From the IMG/VR virus record IMGVR_UViG_3300043436_003324: DNA of 64,000 nucleotides; one strand, written 5' to 3'. This document shows positions 41,490 through 49,781 of this stretch, in pieces. This stretch comes from a virus. The position numbers were made by a program, and so were the translations under genes. The notes under the pieces were generated by a model, which saw only the letters and a list, made by a program, of their open reading frames with translations, was not told the DNA's origin and did no database searches. Each line of letters begins with the position of its first letter. The stretch's first letter is position 1.

Positions 41490-44195
41490 ATGGCATATAT
41501 AATTAAAAATACATCAGGGTTAGTTAACACTAGAGTTACTGACACAGGTAGAAAAAAATTATCACAGGGTAGTTTTAAGATTGCGTATTTCCAAGTAGGG
41601 GATAGTGAAGTGTCGTACGATAAATTACCATCAAATTATAATTACAATAATTTATTTGTGTTAGAACCTGCATTCAATACACAAAACTCTGCGGGAGTAC
41701 CTGAATCAAATAGACAAAGTATTAAATATCCTTATTATGTTGATGGATCTAGTGGATCAACATATGGTATACCATATATGGACTCTGTTGTTGAACCTGT
41801 TTATAATAGAGCCCCATTAAGAGGTTTTTTTACGGGTAATACCACCGCCGACACAATAGTTTGGAGTGCATTAACTAATGATCAGTATGTTGTTAGTTCT
41901 AATTATGTTATAGATATGTCCACATTAAGTGGGTCAAATAAAGTACAAATAATATATTCTGGATGTAACTATACGAATTTAAATAAACCATCTATAGGCG
42001 ATATTATAACAATTTATTATGATGGTTTTGGAGAGTATGACTGTAGTTGTATTAATTTACCAACACCAACCCCAAGCGTAACCCCAACACTCACACCAAC
42101 ACCCACATCATCTCAAATGCCAATTTCAGAGACATGTATATTAATGACAGAATTATCTGAATTTTTAACAACAGAAGATGGAGATTTCTTGGTATGGGGA
42201 GATTGTCAAGAAGTTCCGGCATTAACACCTACACCGACATCATCTCAAACACCAACACCGACACCGACACCAAGTGTTACTAAAAATTATAATCCTTGTG
42301 AGTCGCCAACACCTACACCTACGCCAACTAAAACACCATGTTTGACGCCTACACCTAGTAGATTGTGTCCGGCACCACCACCACCTAATTGTGTGGTCTC
42401 TATGAACTCTTGTTATCAGATATTAACATATAGAATTGTTGATGTTTGTGAAGATATAATAACATTAGATAGAAATACACCTGATTTTTGCGGTACCGTT
42501 ATTAGTCATTGTTATGCGAGAACTTTAATTTATCCACCAAACATGACATCTATATATGATAGTCTAACACCAAACCCACATTGGGGTGAACAAGTTATTG
42601 ATTTTGAATCAATATGTGATACCGATCAGTTTGATGTAAAAATTTGGAATATGAACATTCCATGGACTGAAAATCCTGCTGGTTTAGTACCAACAAAATA
42701 TGAAGGGTATGAATATTTTGGATCTGTAGATTATATCGGGTCTAAAGAATACTTTGGGTACAATTCAAATTCAGGTCAGACATTTTTTATTAATAACACT
42801 TTAAGTGCTGAGACAACAGATACATTCTATTATAACTCTTTAGGTGAAGTTGTTGATGTTGAACCTGAAGAACAAAAAGCGATTGCAATTATACACTACA
42901 CTAATCAAACTATAGATTTCTTCTATGGTGAAAAATTTGCGTTAGAACCTTATGATCCGTCAAATCTTGATGATACTACAGGTCAAGCAAGAAATTTTAG
43001 ACTACATATACCATGGTTAATGTGGCATAAAAATCCCGATTGTTGTTTTGGACAAACGTTTTGGGTAGATCCTCCAGAATTTGAAGGTAAGGGACTATTC
43101 CAAGTGAGATATGTACAAACAACTAAAAATGATGATATGAATAATCCTGGAATTAGATATTATCATCTTTGGGATAACAATAAAAATAAAAATGGACTAC
43201 CTAATAGAATTGGTAAAGTATTCCCTGATAGTAAATTAATTATTATTGATGATGAAGAGGTAATTGCCTCAATGTCTTACAAGTCAAATAGAAACTTTAC
43301 ATTACCAGCACCACAACTATCGTTAATAACCCCAAACACTTGTGGACAAGCATCTTTAAATGCTGATGGGGTTCTTACAGGTAATGGAGAAACTATGTAT
43401 GTAACTTATAGATTTACAAATAAAACATGTAGTACTAATTCACTACATTGTAATTACTATGTTAAATTAGTTGGTAATAATAATGATTGTAGTCCTAATG
43501 TTTCACAAAACGTGGCGGTAAGATTTGGAAGAGAGTTTAATTGTTTGGGGGAAAATCCAATAACAACAACAACTACAACTTATTATCCAATCACAACTAC
43601 AAGTACCACTTATTATCCAATCACAAGTACAACTACTACTTATTACCCAATCACCACCACAACAACAATATGTCCACAAACTTGTGACATCACAAAAGGT
43701 TATTTTGCGGAATACTTCCAAATAATTTGTCAAAAAGTGGTAACAGGTCAAAGACCTGACCCATCAAATTGGAGAGTAATTGATTATACGAGTGATTTAG
43801 GGGGTATAGTAACCCAAGACACATTAACAAATAATACATTTGTTATAACTAAAGATCAATATGATAAAGCACCATATTATGATTTAGGTAATTACATTAA
43901 TTTAACAAAAATTGGTAATGATGTACCTGATTTAAATTTTGGTGATGAATACTATTTTTATGGGTCTTTTGAGTCTGATATTATGGCAACAATATATGAG
44001 ATGAAATATAAAATTAATTTAAATTTTACCGAGTTCCAAAATACAACAAACCCAACTTGGAAACAAGGGACAAAATCTTATATAACCGAAATTGCATTGT
44101 TAGATGAAGATAAAGATATATTAGTTATGTCTAAATTACAATCACCTGTTTTAAGACAGGGAATCCAACAGTACTTAGTTAAAATAGATTTTTAA
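41490..44195 (+). CDS. Baseplate/tail-fibre attachment protein with several Pro-Thr and Thr-rich insertions
   Basis: N-terminal VTDTGRKKLSQGSFKIAYFQVGDSE and C-terminal YITEIALLDEDKDILVMSKLQSPV resemble tail-collar/gp8-like ends; PT tracts 42060-42113 and 42225-42386. Confidence 0.7.
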   Translation: MAYIIKNTSGLVNTRVTDTGRKKLSQGSFKIAYFQVGDSEVSYDKLPSNYNYNNLFVLEPAFNTQNSAGVPESNRQSIKYPYYVDGSSGSTYGIPYMDSVVEPVYNRAPLRGFFTGNTTADTIVWSALTNDQYVVSSNYVIDMSTLSGSNKVQIIYSGCNYTNLNKPSIGDIITIYYDGFGEYDCSCINLPTPTPSVTPTLTPTPTSSQMPISETCILMTELSEFLTTEDGDFLVWGDCQEVPALTPTPTSSQTPTPTPTPSVTKNYNPCESPTPTPTPTKTPCLTPTPSRLCPAPPPPNCVVSMNSCYQILTYRIVDVCEDIITLDRNTPDFCGTVISHCYARTLIYPPNMTSIYDSLTPNPHWGEQVIDFESICDTDQFDVKIWNMNIPWTENPAGLVPTKYEGYEYFGSVDYIGSKEYFGYNSNSGQTFFINNTLSAETTDTFYYNSLGEVVDVEPEEQKAIAIIHYTNQTIDFFYGEKFALEPYDPSNLDDTTGQARNFRLHIPWLMWHKNPDCCFGQTFWVDPPEFEGKGLFQVRYVQTTKNDDMNNPGIRYYHLWDNNKNKNGLPNRIGKVFPDSKLIIIDDEEVIASMSYKSNRNFTLPAPQLSLITPNTCGQASLNADGVLTGNGETMYVTYRFTNKTCSTNSLHCNYYVKLVGNNNDCSPNVSQNVAVRFGREFNCLGENPITTTTTTYYPITTTSTTYYPITSTTTTYYPITTTTTICPQTCDITKGYFAEYFQIICQKVVTGQRPDPSNWRVIDYTSDLGGIVTQDTLTNNTFVITKDQYDKAPYYDLGNYINLTKIGNDVPDLNFGDEYYFYGSFESDIMATIYEMKYKINLNFTEFQNTTNPTWKQGTKSYITEIALLDEDKDILVMSKLQSPVLRQGIQQYLVKIDF
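43557..43670 (+). repeat. 30-bp-period coding repeat (PITTTTTTYY x ~3.8)
   Basis: Units start at 43557, 43587, 43617, 43647 with synonymous variation. Confidence 0.9.
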
Positions 44196-44241
44196 ACTTT
44201 AATTTTTTAAAGTTTAATTTATTTTATAATAAAAACACTTT

Positions 44242-44841
44242 ATGGCAAAAATAAAAAATTCACCAAAGGTCCTTGGTTTAGATATATCAACTAAGACAAT
44301 AGGATGGGCGTTATTTGACATTCAATCACAACAATTGTTGGAGTTAACACATGTGTCGCCAAGACCAAAAATAAAGGAGGACGAAAAACTAAAAGAATTA
44401 TTACTTAAGTGTGAGATTTTTAGAGAAAAGTTAATAGAATATAAAAATTTAGGGGTTGTTAGTGTTATTATCGAAGAACCGTTAATGAACTCTAATAATG
44501 TGTATACAGTACAAACTTTATTAAGATTTAATAGTTTCATATTTAAAGAAATATATGAAACTCTAAACATAGTACCCGAATTTATATCGACATACAACTC
44601 AAGGAAATTTGCTTTTCCTGAGTTGGTTAAAGAAAATGATAAAGGTAAATATGTGTTATTTGGAGGATTACCAAAAGACGTTGATAAGAAGATGTTGATA
44701 TGGGAAAAAGTTGCAAAAAGAGAACCACAAATAAAATGGCAATATACAAGAAACAATACCCTCAAAAAAGAAAACTTTGATCAAACTGACGCATATGCTT
44801 GTGTTCTTGGATATATGAAATCAAAAGAAATTTGGAAATAA
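44242..44841 (+). CDS. RuvC-like Holliday junction resolvase
   Basis: VLGLDISTKTIGWA, IIEEP, DQTDAYAC acidic catalytic set. Confidence 0.8.
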   Translation: MAKIKNSPKVLGLDISTKTIGWALFDIQSQQLLELTHVSPRPKIKEDEKLKELLLKCEIFREKLIEYKNLGVVSVIIEEPLMNSNNVYTVQTLLRFNSFIFKEIYETLNIVPEFISTYNSRKFAFPELVKENDKGKYVLFGGLPKDVDKKMLIWEKVAKREPQIKWQYTRNNTLKKENFDQTDAYACVLGYMKSKEIWK

Positions 44842-44867
44842 TATCTATTAAAATACCAATAATTTTA

Positions 44868-44898
44868 AATATCATCTTTTTAGATGGTATTTTTTTTT
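44868..44898. terminator. Terminator between convergent genes
   Basis: 10-bp stem aatatcatct / agatggtatt, T4 loop, followed by T-run; lies between RuvC-like stop and minus-strand stop. Confidence 0.7.
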
Positions 44899-46531
44899 AT
44901 CCTAAAAGTGAAGAATCACATAAATCAAAAACAGTACCTGCACAATTTGCCGCTCCATTACCTGTTATTGTAAGAGTTGTGTACGGTGCCAAAGTTGTAA
45001 ATGTGAATATACCTGAACCAACATTACCTTGAGGGGATGTTTGAGGACAAGGAGATGCCTCTATAATATTACCATTAATTTTAGCACAACAATAAATACA
45101 ACTTGAAATAGATGGGTTAGATGAATTTGTTGTAAACGTAAAGGTTTCATAGTTTGTTGGACTTAAATAATCATAATTATTTATTCTTAAACTTATGTTA
45201 TTTACGGGTTGACTAAATGTTAAAGTATATGAGAATGGATAATCCACAGGTAAAACACCATTACCTAAATATAAAAACCCGTCTTGGACCAAAGGACCTG
45301 TAAGGCACCAACCTAAGAAACCACCAAATATCCCTTCTTCTATTGCACCTGTTCCGTTACCTGTAATTGTTATACCATTAACCGTAATTGAATTACCAAC
45401 TTGAGGTAAGTTGGTTATTAATGAACAATCAACACAACCAGCAGGAGTTGTTGGTGTAGGTGTTGGGGTTGATGTTGGTGTAGGTGTTGGGGTATTTGAA
45501 GGGATCGGAATACAATCCAAACACTTACCTTCATTTTCAGGACCAAGTTCTGACACTAATTCTATTTTATCAACACCACTTATGTTATCCACTAAACCTA
45601 AGAAAGTCGCACAAATAGATTCATCATTAATTATTGTTTTATAAACATAACCTTGTATAGGGATTTCACCATTTATAAGAATTAGATCGGCACTAAAATA
45701 TTCAGTTCCTGTAAAACAATCTCTAAATTTCTTACTATTTGAACATCTTATGTAATCATCAATAATATTAAATGTAACTAAACCTGAAACCAAACAATCT
45801 ATTGTTGGCGTTGGAGTTGGACTTGGTGTGTCGCTAGGTGTTGGTGTGGGTGTTGGGGTATATGTTATACCTGTTGCGACAAAATTTAAACTATTACACA
45901 CATTAGATGGTGTTGGAGTTACTGTAGGGGTTGGTGTTGGTGTTGATGTTGGAGTAACAGTTGGAGTTGGAGTAACATCACAATTAAATAATGCCTCAAA
46001 ATCAATTATGTCACAACTATTATATGTTGTTGTTGTACTTACCACACAATATCCTTCAGTAAAAAATGTTTCACATAAGTCAGGACAATTACTAAGACAA
46101 GGTGATTTACCAAAAAGTTCACAGGGACCGTCTAATACGGAAGAAACGCACCAACAAGTCTCGCCTGTCGAATAGTAAATCACATAACTCCCACTTTGTC
46201 CTGTATAATATGGGAAACCGTTATAAGATCCATTAAACGTATAGTTATCGTCATACGTGTCTGTACCTGAGATACAGTATTCTGTATTACATTCGGCACA
46301 AGGTTCTATGGTTTCTATGGTTCCCCTGTCACTTGTTTCACCAACTGTATATGTATTAATCCCGTCAGAATAAAATCCATTATTTACCAACACTGTACAT
46401 AAGGAATCTGAATAGATTAAGGATCCCAAGTTTAAATCATCACCATAAATTGATATAGTTTTAATTTCGTCACAAAGTAATTTAGGACTAATTGATGAGT
46501 AGGAAAACGTTCCAAGTAAAACACAAGCCAT
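44897..46531 (-). CDS. Cys-rich putative virion protein with three Pro-Thr linkers
   Basis: 544-aa ORF; PT tracts ~45441-45509, ~45803-45866, ~45908-45976; YNGFPYY aromatic module. Confidence 0.8.
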   Translation of the reverse strand: MACVLLGTFSYSSISPKLLCDEIKTISIYGDDLNLGSLIYSDSLCTVLVNNGFYSDGINTYTVGETSDRGTIETIEPCAECNTEYCISGTDTYDDNYTFNGSYNGFPYYTGQSGSYVIYYSTGETCWCVSSVLDGPCELFGKSPCLSNCPDLCETFFTEGYCVVSTTTTYNSCDIIDFEALFNCDVTPTPTVTPTSTPTPTPTVTPTPSNVCNSLNFVATGITYTPTPTPTPSDTPSPTPTPTIDCLVSGLVTFNIIDDYIRCSNSKKFRDCFTGTEYFSADLILINGEIPIQGYVYKTIINDESICATFLGLVDNISGVDKIELVSELGPENEGKCLDCIPIPSNTPTPTPTSTPTPTPTTPAGCVDCSLITNLPQVGNSITVNGITITGNGTGAIEEGIFGGFLGWCLTGPLVQDGFLYLGNGVLPVDYPFSYTLTFSQPVNNISLRINNYDYLSPTNYETFTFTTNSSNPSISSCIYCCAKINGNIIEASPCPQTSPQGNVGSGIFTFTTLAPYTTLTITGNGAANCAGTVFDLCDSSLLG

Positions 46532-46532
46532 A

Positions 46533-46748
46533 TTATACGGTAATGGTATTAGTTTTTATACAATTATTATTGTCAACAATTTTTACAATAAAATCTGTTA
46601 AAGAAGAGTATACGTAAGGAACCTCAAATGTGTAAGGTACCGTACTAAATGTACTAACATATATACAGGTTGTTAAAGTTGTATCACAAACCCACACGTT
46701 ATAAGGTGAAGATCCTGTTAAATTTGTTATTGTTACGTTTGTTGGCAT
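46533..46748 (-). CDS. Small three-Cys beta module protein
   Basis: YNVWVCDTTLTTC...IVKIVDNNNC; paralog of 36795-37103. Confidence 0.75.
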   Translation of the reverse strand: MPTNVTITNLTGSSPYNVWVCDTTLTTCIYVSTFSTVPYTFEVPYVYSSLTDFIVKIVDNNNCIKTNTITV

Positions 46749-46764
46749 AAATATATTATCTATA

Positions 46765-46771
46765 ATAAATA
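46765..46771 (-). promoter_or_regulatory. Putative late promoter TATTTAT (minus strand)
   Basis: ataaata on + strand, 16 nt upstream of the minus-strand ATG at 46748. Confidence 0.5.
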
Positions 46772-46796
46772 TAGAAAATTGAAAAAACTTGTGAAG

Positions 46797-46827
46797 TTGA
46801 TTAACTTAATTATTTGGACTATATTTT
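46797..46827 (+). promoter_or_regulatory. Putative early/middle promoter TTG-N20-TATATTTT
   Basis: Octamer ends 5 nt before primase ATG 46833; divergent from the minus-strand late motif. Confidence 0.55.
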
Positions 46828-46832
46828 AGGTA

Positions 46833-47732
46833 ATGGAAGAAAACGAGGCTTTAGTTGAATTATTAGAAGAAATTTTGGGAGACCACGGGTTGCATTATGA
46901 CAACAGAGGTCAAATATCCTTCAATTGTCCCGTTTGCGATGAAGGTAGAAATAAACATAATTTGGAAATAAATTACATAAGTAATGTTTATAAGTGTTGG
47001 TCTTGTGGTGATATTGAGAATACTCACGGATCTTTGGGTAAGTTATTTGACAAATTTGGTAATAAAAAACAAAAAAAGTTATATTATATTTTAAAACCAG
47101 AAACCGTACCCGTAAAAGAAAAAAAATACAAAAAATTAAAGTTACCTGAAAGTTTTACGTTATTTAAAGACTCTCATAAAATTTATCCTGTTAGAAGACA
47201 GGCTTATAATTATTTACAAAGTCGTGGAATAACAGATGATATTATTGAAAAATATGGTATTGGTTTTTGTGATAAGGGAAGTCATGTTGGTAGAATAGTT
47301 GTTCCATCGTACGATAAAAAAGGAGAATTAAATTATTATGTTGCCCGTAGTTGGGACCCACATACTAAATTTAAATATAAAAACCCAGAAGCTGAGAAAG
47401 ACAAAATAATCTTTAATGAAAAACTAATAGATTGGAAAAAAGACATTTACTTGGTTGAGGGAGTATTCGATGGATTTTTCTTAGAGAACTCAATACCAAT
47501 GTTGGGTAAACATATGTCAGAAATGTTATTTGATAAAGTTTATAATAACGCAAAAGGAAATGTGATAATTGCGTTGGATGGGGATGCATGGAATAACGCA
47601 ATTAAACTTTACCACGAATTAAATGGTGGAGAATTATACGAAAAAATAAAAATAGTGAAATTACCTAACGATCAAGATGTTTGTGATTTAAGGGGTAATA
47701 TAAATGAATACTTTATAGAAATAAGAGATTAA
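46833..47732 (+). CDS. DNA primase (zinc-binding domain + TOPRIM)
   Basis: FNCPVC...YKCWSC zinc ribbon; LVEGVFD and IALDGDA TOPRIM motifs; KYKNP. Confidence 0.88.
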   Translation: MEENEALVELLEEILGDHGLHYDNRGQISFNCPVCDEGRNKHNLEINYISNVYKCWSCGDIENTHGSLGKLFDKFGNKKQKKLYYILKPETVPVKEKKYKKLKLPESFTLFKDSHKIYPVRRQAYNYLQSRGITDDIIEKYGIGFCDKGSHVGRIVVPSYDKKGELNYYVARSWDPHTKFKYKNPEAEKDKIIFNEKLIDWKKDIYLVEGVFDGFFLENSIPMLGKHMSEMLFDKVYNNAKGNVIIALDGDAWNNAIKLYHELNGGELYEKIKIVKLPNDQDVCDLRGNINEYFIEIRD

Positions 47733-48586
47733 TGGATTTATTATTAATAGCAGAAGAAATAAGACAAATTATTTCAGAAAAACAAAAAGAATTACAATTA
47801 ACTTTTGAGGAAGAATCTCACAAGTACACAATGATTGACCTTGATGGTAATCTAACTTCTAAATTTCCCTCAGTTTCAAAATTAATGAAATTGTTTTATG
47901 AGGAATTTGATTCAGAAGGAATTGCGGAATATAAATCAGGTGGTAATCCTGACGAAAAAGAACGTTTATTAAAAGAATGGTCAGACGCCGGAACATACTC
48001 AACAAATATGGGATCTCGTGTTCACTACATACTTGAAACTCATACATTAAAAGAATTTGGTATTGAAAAAGAAATAAGACAACCAATATTTGAGTGTGAT
48101 GCCGAACAGATAGTCAAAGGAGACTCGATGATAGTTGCCGGTAAACGATACATTGATTTAATCAAAGAAAGAGGTTGTATTTTATTGGACACTGAAATTG
48201 TTTTGGGACATCCTGAATTAGGATATACGGGACAACCTGATAAGGTTTGGTTGGTTATTGGGGTTAATGGCAAACTTGGTATTTTAATAACAGATTGGAA
48301 AACAAATAAGGAAAAAAACTTTGTTACCAACAAATACACAAAACCAATGAGAAAACCATTTGAGGACTTACCAAATAACGCTCTCGGACATTATAATACT
48401 CAGTTACCATTCTACGGTAAACTACTTTTAAAAATGTTAGAAGGGTCTAAGTATGAAGACATACAATTAATGGGTTGTATAGTCGTAAGATTAACGGACG
48501 AAAGAGAGTACGTTGAGTACAGAGTCTCAAGAAAAACAATTAAAACAATCCTTGAAATGGATATGACCAAATACTTGAAAAAATAA
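47732..48586 (+). CDS. PD-(D/E)XK exonuclease
   Basis: FPSVS, GSRVH, ETEI-like DTEI, GQPDKV, TDWKT, HYNTQLPFY. Confidence 0.8.
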   Translation: MDLLLIAEEIRQIISEKQKELQLTFEEESHKYTMIDLDGNLTSKFPSVSKLMKLFYEEFDSEGIAEYKSGGNPDEKERLLKEWSDAGTYSTNMGSRVHYILETHTLKEFGIEKEIRQPIFECDAEQIVKGDSMIVAGKRYIDLIKERGCILLDTEIVLGHPELGYTGQPDKVWLVIGVNGKLGILITDWKTNKEKNFVTNKYTKPMRKPFEDLPNNALGHYNTQLPFYGKLLLKMLEGSKYEDIQLMGCIVVRLTDEREYVEYRVSRKTIKTILEMDMTKYLKK

Positions 48587-48604
48587 AATAAAAAACTATA
48601 TTTT
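48575..48604 (+). promoter_or_regulatory. Putative early/middle promoter TTG-N19-TATATTTT
   Basis: Octamer 48597-48604 ends 4 nt before ATG 48609. Confidence 0.5.
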
Positions 48605-48608
48605 TACC

Positions 48609-48683
48609 ATGGAAAGTACAATCACACCTATTTGGTATACCAACACTAGTTGGGACCACCCAAAATTTAAAATAAACATAAAT
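48609..48683 (+). CDS. Putative 24-aa small protein MESTITPIWYTNTSWDHPKFKINI
   Basis: Not in ORF track; fills the gap and sits at the same spacing from the promoter octamer as other starts. Confidence 0.4.
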
Positions 48684-48697
48684 TATATTATAAAATA

Positions 48698-48910
48698 ATG
48701 GACGATATTATTAAACCAAGAATTGATCTTAAAAAACAAGAAACAATTAAATGCGAAAAATGTGAATCTAAATTCTTCAAAGAAGTTACGATGATAAAAA
48801 AAGTACCTAAGTTATTGACAGGAACCCCAGAGGATACCATTGTACCGTTCCCAACCTATATGTGTGATAGTTGTGGATTCGTAAATGAAGAATTTTTAAT
48901 TTTTGAATAA
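48698..48910 (+). CDS. Small zinc-ribbon protein
   Basis: CEKC...CDSC. Confidence 0.75.
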   Translation: MDDIIKPRIDLKKQETIKCEKCESKFFKEVTMIKKVPKLLTGTPEDTIVPFPTYMCDSCGFVNEEFLIFE

Positions 48911-49056
48911 TGGAAATCGGGAAAATGACAATAAATGAGGCATACCCACACCTTAAAAGTGTGGCTTTGGCTTATGGGTTAAACTTAAATAGAGTTAGGG
49001 AATTTAGATTTGCTAGACTTATATTAGTAAACCTTTATAATAGAGAATTGGTATGA
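48910..49056 (+). CDS. Hypothetical 48-aa protein
   Basis: Not in track; MEIGKMTINEAYPHLK...NRELV, TAATG and ATGA overlaps with both neighbours. Confidence 0.6.
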   Translation: MEIGKMTINEAYPHLKSVALAYGLNLNRVREFRFARLILVNLYNRELV

Positions 49057-49292
49057 CACACAAAGAATTTTACGTTTGGTTAGATGGTTTTATGACCAAC
49101 AGAGATTGGACAACAATTAAACAGGTTGATATTGAAAGTATTAAAGAAAAAATGAAAAAAGTTAATAATAACGACCCATTTTTTCCTAACCCAAGAACAA
49201 TGGTCTCTCCAATTCAAATACCAATACCACATAACCCTTTTAAAGAAGACGGTTATGATGATTTAGGTTCACCACCAAAAATTGTTATGTGA
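49053..49292 (+). CDS. Hypothetical protein (79 aa)
   Basis: ATGA overlap; MTHKEFYVWLDGF start. Confidence 0.7.
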   Translation: MTHKEFYVWLDGFMTNRDWTTIKQVDIESIKEKMKKVNNNDPFFPNPRTMVSPIQIPIPHNPFKEDGYDDLGSPPKIVM

Positions 49293-49314
49293 TTAATCTT
49301 TTAAAGTATTGAGG

Positions 49315-49321
49315 TATTTAT
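49315..49321 (+). promoter_or_regulatory. Putative late promoter TATTTAT
   Basis: 15 nt before ATG 49337. Confidence 0.5.
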
Positions 49322-49336
49322 TAGTAAATTAAAGTT

Positions 49337-49693
49337 ATGAAAAACATACTATCAAGTTTAACAAACAATGAAAAAAATAGAATTCTTGAAATGCATAAAA
49401 AGGCAACATCTAAATTTTATTTATTTGAAAATACTTTACCCACAGATATAAAATGGCAATCTTGTGATGGTAATTTAAATACTTTGTCTTCCGAGTCAAT
49501 ATCATTTTTAACTCCTTCAGGTGAAGAAAATGGAAAAAAATTATATAAATTCACTAAAACCCCTGAAGATAAGGCAGGAACTTATGATGTAAAAGGATGT
49601 GTTTGTGAAGATACATGTGTAACAGAAGACGAATCTTTTTATATTGAAGAAGGAGAGGGAACAAATATTTTAAGACTTTATGAAGGATTTTAA
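49337..49693 (+). CDS. Hypothetical late protein with N-terminal NEKNRILEMH motif
   Basis: Own late motif and terminator; MKNILSSLTNNEKNRILEMHKKATSKFYLFEN. Confidence 0.75.
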   Translation: MKNILSSLTNNEKNRILEMHKKATSKFYLFENTLPTDIKWQSCDGNLNTLSSESISFLTPSGEENGKKLYKFTKTPEDKAGTYDVKGCVCEDTCVTEDESFYIEEGEGTNILRLYEGF

Positions 49694-49713
49694 GTTTTAG
49701 TTAAAGAATTATT

Positions 49714-49741
49714 AAACCCACCCCAAAAAGGTGGGTTTTTT
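49714..49741 (+). terminator. Rho-independent terminator
   Basis: Stem aaacccacc / ggtgggttt, 7-nt loop, T-run. Confidence 0.85.
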
Positions 49742-49746
49742 GTTGA

Positions 49747-49777
49747 TTGACAATTAATTTAAAATAGTTTATATTTT
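49747..49777 (+). promoter_or_regulatory. Putative early/middle promoter TTG-N20-TATATTTT
   Basis: Octamer 49770-49777 ends 4 nt before ATG 49782. Confidence 0.55.
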
Positions 49778-49781
49778 GTGT

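Noticed and set aside
44242-44841. RuvC fold as TnpB/Cas12 or transposon marker
   Set aside because: Only 199 aa, no zinc finger or bridge helix region, no IS ends; fits a stand-alone resolvase
45411-46175. Plus-strand ORFs with VGVGVG repeats (45411-45644, 45828-46175), and similar antisense ORFs at 33540-33773 and 33909-34172
   Set aside because: These are antisense shadows of the Pro-Thr tracts in real genes; ACN/CCN codons give no stop on the opposite strand
31423-46748. Eukaryotic giant-virus origin, given the mucin-like Cys-rich proteins and plant-like glycosyltransferase
   Set aside because: Sigma-70 factor, contractile baseplate genes, DnaB, bacterial terminators and operon coupling identify a bacteriophage
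47732-48586. Cas4-like nuclease suggesting a CRISPR-Cas locus
   Set aside because: No repeat-spacer array or other cas genes in the window; PD-(D/E)XK exonucleases next to primase are ordinary in large phages
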